From Atribacterota bacterium (GTDB lineage Bacteria > Atribacterota > Phoenicimicrobiia > Phoenicimicrobiales > Phoenicimicrobiaceae): DNA of 10,139 nt. Position numbers and translations under genes: made by a program. Numbering within the stretch: position 1 is the first letter of the stretch; each line of letters starts with the position of its first letter. Under the pieces are notes generated by a model. The model worked only from the letters and a program-made list of their open reading frames with translations, did not search any database and was not told the origin of the DNA. Positions 6,689 to 10,139 of the stretch are shown here, piece by piece. The stretch spans positions 1 to 10,139 of the forward strand of contig JBBRDV010000051.1 of assembly GCA_038203565.1 (NCBI GenBank), given 5' to 3'.

Positions 6689-7735
6689 ATGAAGAAGTTG
6701 AATTCCGTATTAATAATTAATTTGTTTTTGATTTTTGTATTGTTACTGAGTGTGAGCATTAGCGGCCTATGCCAGGAAAAGGTAATTAAGTGGAGACTGC
6801 AAAGTTTTGGTGCAGCTGCTGATGTCACATTCCTTGCTACAGTGAAATTTGCGGCACTTGTTACCGAAGCCAGTGGTGGACGTTTGGAAGTGACATCTTT
6901 CCCTTCAGGCGCTATTACACCAGCAGGAAAAGAGTTTGAGGGAGTGATATCCGGTTCTGTAGAAGCTGCCCACGCATCTCCTGGTTGGGCTGTCGGTTAC
7001 GTTCCGGCGGGTGTTTTTTACACTAGTTCGGTAGCTACGCTTACCGGTAATCAGATGATGATGTGGATGGATTATGAGGGATTGAAATTTGCTCAAGAAT
7101 TATATGCTCCCGTTGGTTTACACTATGTGGGCCAATTAACCGTACATCCTGCAGAGGTTTTTCTTCACACCAATAAACCCTTACGTTCAGTTGAGGATAT
7201 TCAGGGGTTAAAGATTAGATTGGGAACCACTGCCCTTAATTCAATTTTTAAGGAAATGGGAGCAACACCGGTTTTCCTTCCAGGTGGTGAGATTTACGAA
7301 GGGATGCAGCGTGGAATTATTGATGCTTTTGAGTACTTTACACCATCCGGAAATTGGGCGATGGGTTTCCAGGAAATTGCTAAATATTTGTACTTATCTC
7401 CATCCCGTTCTCCGTCTGATGGTCAATCCCTCTTTGTGAATCAAAAGAAATGGGATGAGCTTCCTGCAGATTTGCAATTGATTGTAGAGATGTGCGCATA
7501 TAAGGTAGCGCATGAATTCCATACTGAGGTAGCGCTTGAGGATAGTAAAGCACTTGAAAAATTTAAGGAATACGGCATAATTATTGAAGAAGCGCCCCAA
7601 GATATTGTAGACTTATTATACGAGAAAGCGGATGAGTACTTTGCCGCAGAAGCTGCAAAAGATCCCGAGTATGCAAAGATATATAATTCTGTATTAAATT
7701 TTAGGAAAACTTGTGAGCAGATTGGTATCAAATAA
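6689..7735 (+). CDS. dctP: TRAP transporter substrate-binding protein, TakP/keto-acid-lactate-like DctP subfamily, 348 aa
   Basis: Signal peptide (MKKLN + hydrophobic core); IKWRLQS, EASGGRLEV, GLKIR (carboxylate-binding Arg), LPGGEIYEGMQRGIIDAFEY, KWDELPADLQ. ATG 6689 lies 8 nt after SD AAGGAG, so it is preferred over GTG 6680. Confidence 0.92.
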   Translation: MKKLNSVLIINLFLIFVLLLSVSISGLCQEKVIKWRLQSFGAAADVTFLATVKFAALVTEASGGRLEVTSFPSGAITPAGKEFEGVISGSVEAAHASPGWAVGYVPAGVFYTSSVATLTGNQMMMWMDYEGLKFAQELYAPVGLHYVGQLTVHPAEVFLHTNKPLRSVEDIQGLKIRLGTTALNSIFKEMGATPVFLPGGEIYEGMQRGIIDAFEYFTPSGNWAMGFQEIAKYLYLSPSRSPSDGQSLFVNQKKWDELPADLQLIVEMCAYKVAHEFHTEVALEDSKALEKFKEYGIIIEEAPQDIVDLLYEKADEYFAAEAAKDPEYAKIYNSVLNFRKTCEQIGIK

Positions 7736-7769
7736 ATTACTATCATCCTAAGATATATAGTATAACTAG

Positions 7770-7816
7770 TCTCTAACCTTGCTCCGGATTCAATCCTTCC
7801 GGAGCAAGGTTAGAGA
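7770..7816 (+). other. Intercistronic 19-bp perfect stem-loop (mRNA stabiliser or partial terminator)
   Basis: TCTCTAACCTTGCTCCGGA (7770-7788), 9-nt loop, TCCGGAGCAAGGTTAGAGA (7798-7816); no U-tract; ends just before the dctQ SD GAGGAGG. Confidence 0.8.
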
Positions 7817-7841
7817 AATGAGGAGGAACAATTAGAAAGAT

Positions 7842-8351
7842 ATGAAAAAGCTTGTACAGGTCATTAACTTTATTAGTGAATTCTCAGGCCAGGTAGTCAA
7901 GTTTTTGGTTGTAGCATTAATCATTGTACTTTGCTATGAGGTTATTTCCAGATATGTTTTTGGTAATCCAACAATCTGGGCATTAGAGACCTCCAAGATG
8001 CTCATGGGTACCTTTGGTGCTATCGGATGGGCATATACTTATTTACACGATGGACATGTCAGGGTGGATGTCCTCTATTCCCGTTTTTCCCGTAAGGTGA
8101 AGGCATGGATTAATGTTCTTTTATCCATTATTTTTCTTTTTCCAATTTGTGTTATTCTTATCTCTTCCGGAATAAAATGGTTAGCATTTTCCCTGAGATT
8201 AGGTGAAAAAATGGTTGAAAGTAGCTGGTTACCACCGGCTGCACCATTTAGAGCTGTATTATTGGTAGGTTTTTCCCTTTTTGCTCTGCAGGGTATATCC
8301 CAATTCATTCAAGAATTATACTTTATAATTCGAAAGCGAGAACTATTATGA
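7842..8351 (+). CDS. dctQ: TRAP transporter small permease
   Basis: 4 TM segments; YEVISRYVFGNPTIWALE, GHVRVD. Confidence 0.93.
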   Translation: MKKLVQVINFISEFSGQVVKFLVVALIIVLCYEVISRYVFGNPTIWALETSKMLMGTFGAIGWAYTYLHDGHVRVDVLYSRFSRKVKAWINVLLSIIFLFPICVILISSGIKWLAFSLRLGEKMVESSWLPPAAPFRAVLLVGFSLFALQGISQFIQELYFIIRKRELL

Positions 8352-9679
8352 TAAATATAGCAATAAGCCCCGAAGTTGTTACCATTTTTATGTTTGGTGC
8401 TTTATTACTTGGTGTAATTACCGGGTTTCCATTGGCTCTTCCTATTGGTGGTGTCGGCGTGATAACCGGGTATTTGCTATTTGGCCCTAATGCCTTTGAT
8501 ATAGTATATAGCCGTGTCTATGATATATTAACAAATTATGGAATGATAGCCGTACCCTTATTTGTTTTTATGGGAAATATGCTTGAAAAATCCGGTATAG
8601 CTGAAAAAATGTATGATGCGCTATATGTATGGTTTGGAAAATTTAGAGGTGGTCTGGCTATTGTTAGTGTGTTAATCGGCACGATTATGGCTGCCTGTGT
8701 AGGTATCATTGCTGCTTCTATTACCATGCTGACACTTGTCGCACTACCGTCAATGATTCGACGGGGATATGATAAAGGTTTAGCCACAGGGAGTATCTGT
8801 GCAGGAGGTTCTTTGGGTATTCTTATTCCACCCAGTATAATGCTTATAGTATACGGGCCGGCAGCCGGGATTTCGGTAGGAAAATTATTTATGGGTGCTT
8901 TTATACCCGGCTTTGTACTTTCCGGCCTTTATATGCTATATATTGGTATTCGTTCCTATTTTCAACCGGAAATAGCACCGGCATCTATAGAAGATGAGAG
9001 CTTTTCCTTTGCCAAAAAAACATCGATGCTGCTTGTTAGCATAGGTCCGGTCGCAATACTTATTTTTTCAGTAATGGGGTCAATCTATTTTGGTTTGGCT
9101 TCTCCCAGCGAAGCTGCTGCAGTGGGCGCAGCGGCGGCCACTATTTTAACCATAGCTTATGGTCATTTTACCTGGAAAGTACTGAAAGACGTTACGCTGG
9201 GGACCATCAAATTAACCGGAATGGTGCTATTAATTGCCGGTTGTTCTACTGCTTTTGTTAGTGTATTTCTTAGCGCTGGTGGGGGAGATGTTGTAACGAA
9301 TTTAATTTTGTCTGTTCCTGGTGGTCACTGGATGGCTTTTGCCCTAATTATGTTGATAGCTTTTATTTTAGGTATGTTTATAGACTGGATTGGAATTATT
9401 TTTATCTTGGTACCTATATTGGCTCCCATTGTTCCTAAATTGGGATTTAATCCTTTGTGGTTTGCTATGATGATCATTGTTAATCTTCAGATGTCATTTT
9501 TGACTCCGCCCTTTGCCTATGCTATATTCTTCTTAAAAGGCGCTGCAGCGCCAGAGTTGGGTATAGATACAGCTGATATCATACGCGGGGTGATACCTTT
9601 TATCGGCCTAATAGTGATCGGACTTTTTTTAATGATCGCTTTTCCTCAGATTATTCTTTGGTTGCCCAGCACGATGTAA
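8348..9679 (+). CDS. dctM: TRAP transporter large permease
   Basis: AVPLFVFMG, GGLAI, GSLGILIPPSI, SFLTPPF; ATGA overlap with dctQ (translational coupling). Confidence 0.95.
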   Translation: MINIAISPEVVTIFMFGALLLGVITGFPLALPIGGVGVITGYLLFGPNAFDIVYSRVYDILTNYGMIAVPLFVFMGNMLEKSGIAEKMYDALYVWFGKFRGGLAIVSVLIGTIMAACVGIIAASITMLTLVALPSMIRRGYDKGLATGSICAGGSLGILIPPSIMLIVYGPAAGISVGKLFMGAFIPGFVLSGLYMLYIGIRSYFQPEIAPASIEDESFSFAKKTSMLLVSIGPVAILIFSVMGSIYFGLASPSEAAAVGAAAATILTIAYGHFTWKVLKDVTLGTIKLTGMVLLIAGCSTAFVSVFLSAGGGDVVTNLILSVPGGHWMAFALIMLIAFILGMFIDWIGIIFILVPILAPIVPKLGFNPLWFAMMIIVNLQMSFLTPPFAYAIFFLKGAAAPELGIDTADIIRGVIPFIGLIVIGLFLMIAFPQIILWLPSTM

Positions 9680-9754
9680 TCAAGCATAAACTCATCGCAC
9701 AATCGAAATCATAAAAGATTATTATTAATAAATTAACAATACGGGAGAGAAACA

Positions 9755-10139
9755 ATGAAAAAAGAGATTATTGTGACTGAAAATGCGCCGTCTGCTTTTG
9801 GGCCATTTTGCCAGGCAATGAAAGCAAAGGGATTTATCTTTACTTCTGGTATTTTGCCCTTGGACCCTTCAACCGGCGAAAAAGTAGCTGGGGGTATTGA
9901 AAAGGAAACCAGGCAAACTCTGGATAATATTAAAGCAATTTTGGAAGCTGCCGGTTCTTCTTTAAATGATGTAGTAAAGGTGACCGTATACCTAACTAAT
10001 ATGAATGATTTTAAAGTAGTCAATGAAATTTATGGCCAATATTTTTCCGAGCCCTACCCTGCACGTGCGGCTATAGAAGTCAGTGGGCTTGCTAAGGATG
10101 CAAAAGTGGAAATTCAGGCAACCGGAATATGTAACGAGT
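9755..10139 (+). CDS. ridA: RidA/YjgF/UK114 family reactive imine deaminase (runs to the window edge; not in the ORF track)
   Basis: ATG 9755 after GGGAG; reads [21 protein letters not shown]...FTSGILP...[56 protein letters not shown] (128 codons plus one T, so the stop is probably just cut off). Confidence 0.92.
   Translation, partial: MKKEIIVTENAPSAFGPFCQAMKAKGFIFTSGILPLDPSTGEKVAGGIEKETRQTLDNIKAILEAAGSSLNDVVKVTVYLTNMNDFKVVNEIYGQYFSEPYPARAAIEVSGLAKDAKVEIQATGICNE

Noticed and set aside
6637..8787. Six short minus-strand ORFs within dctPQM
   Set aside because: Antisense shadows of well-supported genes.
9733..10023. 96-aa minus-strand ORF
   Set aside because: Antisense shadow of the RidA gene.

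Overview
AT-rich bacterial chromosomal window, most likely from an anaerobe (the gene set and style suggest something like Atribacterota/Firmicutes, but this is a guess). Left half: tail of an upstream gene, a PflX-like radical SAM gene and an EamA/DMT transporter (+). These converge on a 475-aa SPASM/twitch-type radical SAM gene (-), with a perfect 32-bp inverted repeat overlapping both stop codons. A nitroreductase (+) follows. Right half: a divergent module. A LarA-family nickel-pincer racemase/epimerase and a frameshifted PPC/DUF296 gene (-) face a TakP-like TRAP transporter (dctPQM) and a RidA-family gene (+, missed by the ORF track). The intergenic region between them holds an unannotated decayed IS200/IS605 tnpA fragment, a sigma70 promoter with a duplicated extended -10, a GntR/FadR-type palindrome, a 21-bp tandem duplication and an orphan strong Shine-Dalgarno in a hairpin. 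The best candidate for an undescribed system is the LarA + PPC / TRAP + RidA module, a putative 2-hydroxy/2-keto acid uptake and stereo-inversion unit. No RNA genes or CRISPR arrays were seen.
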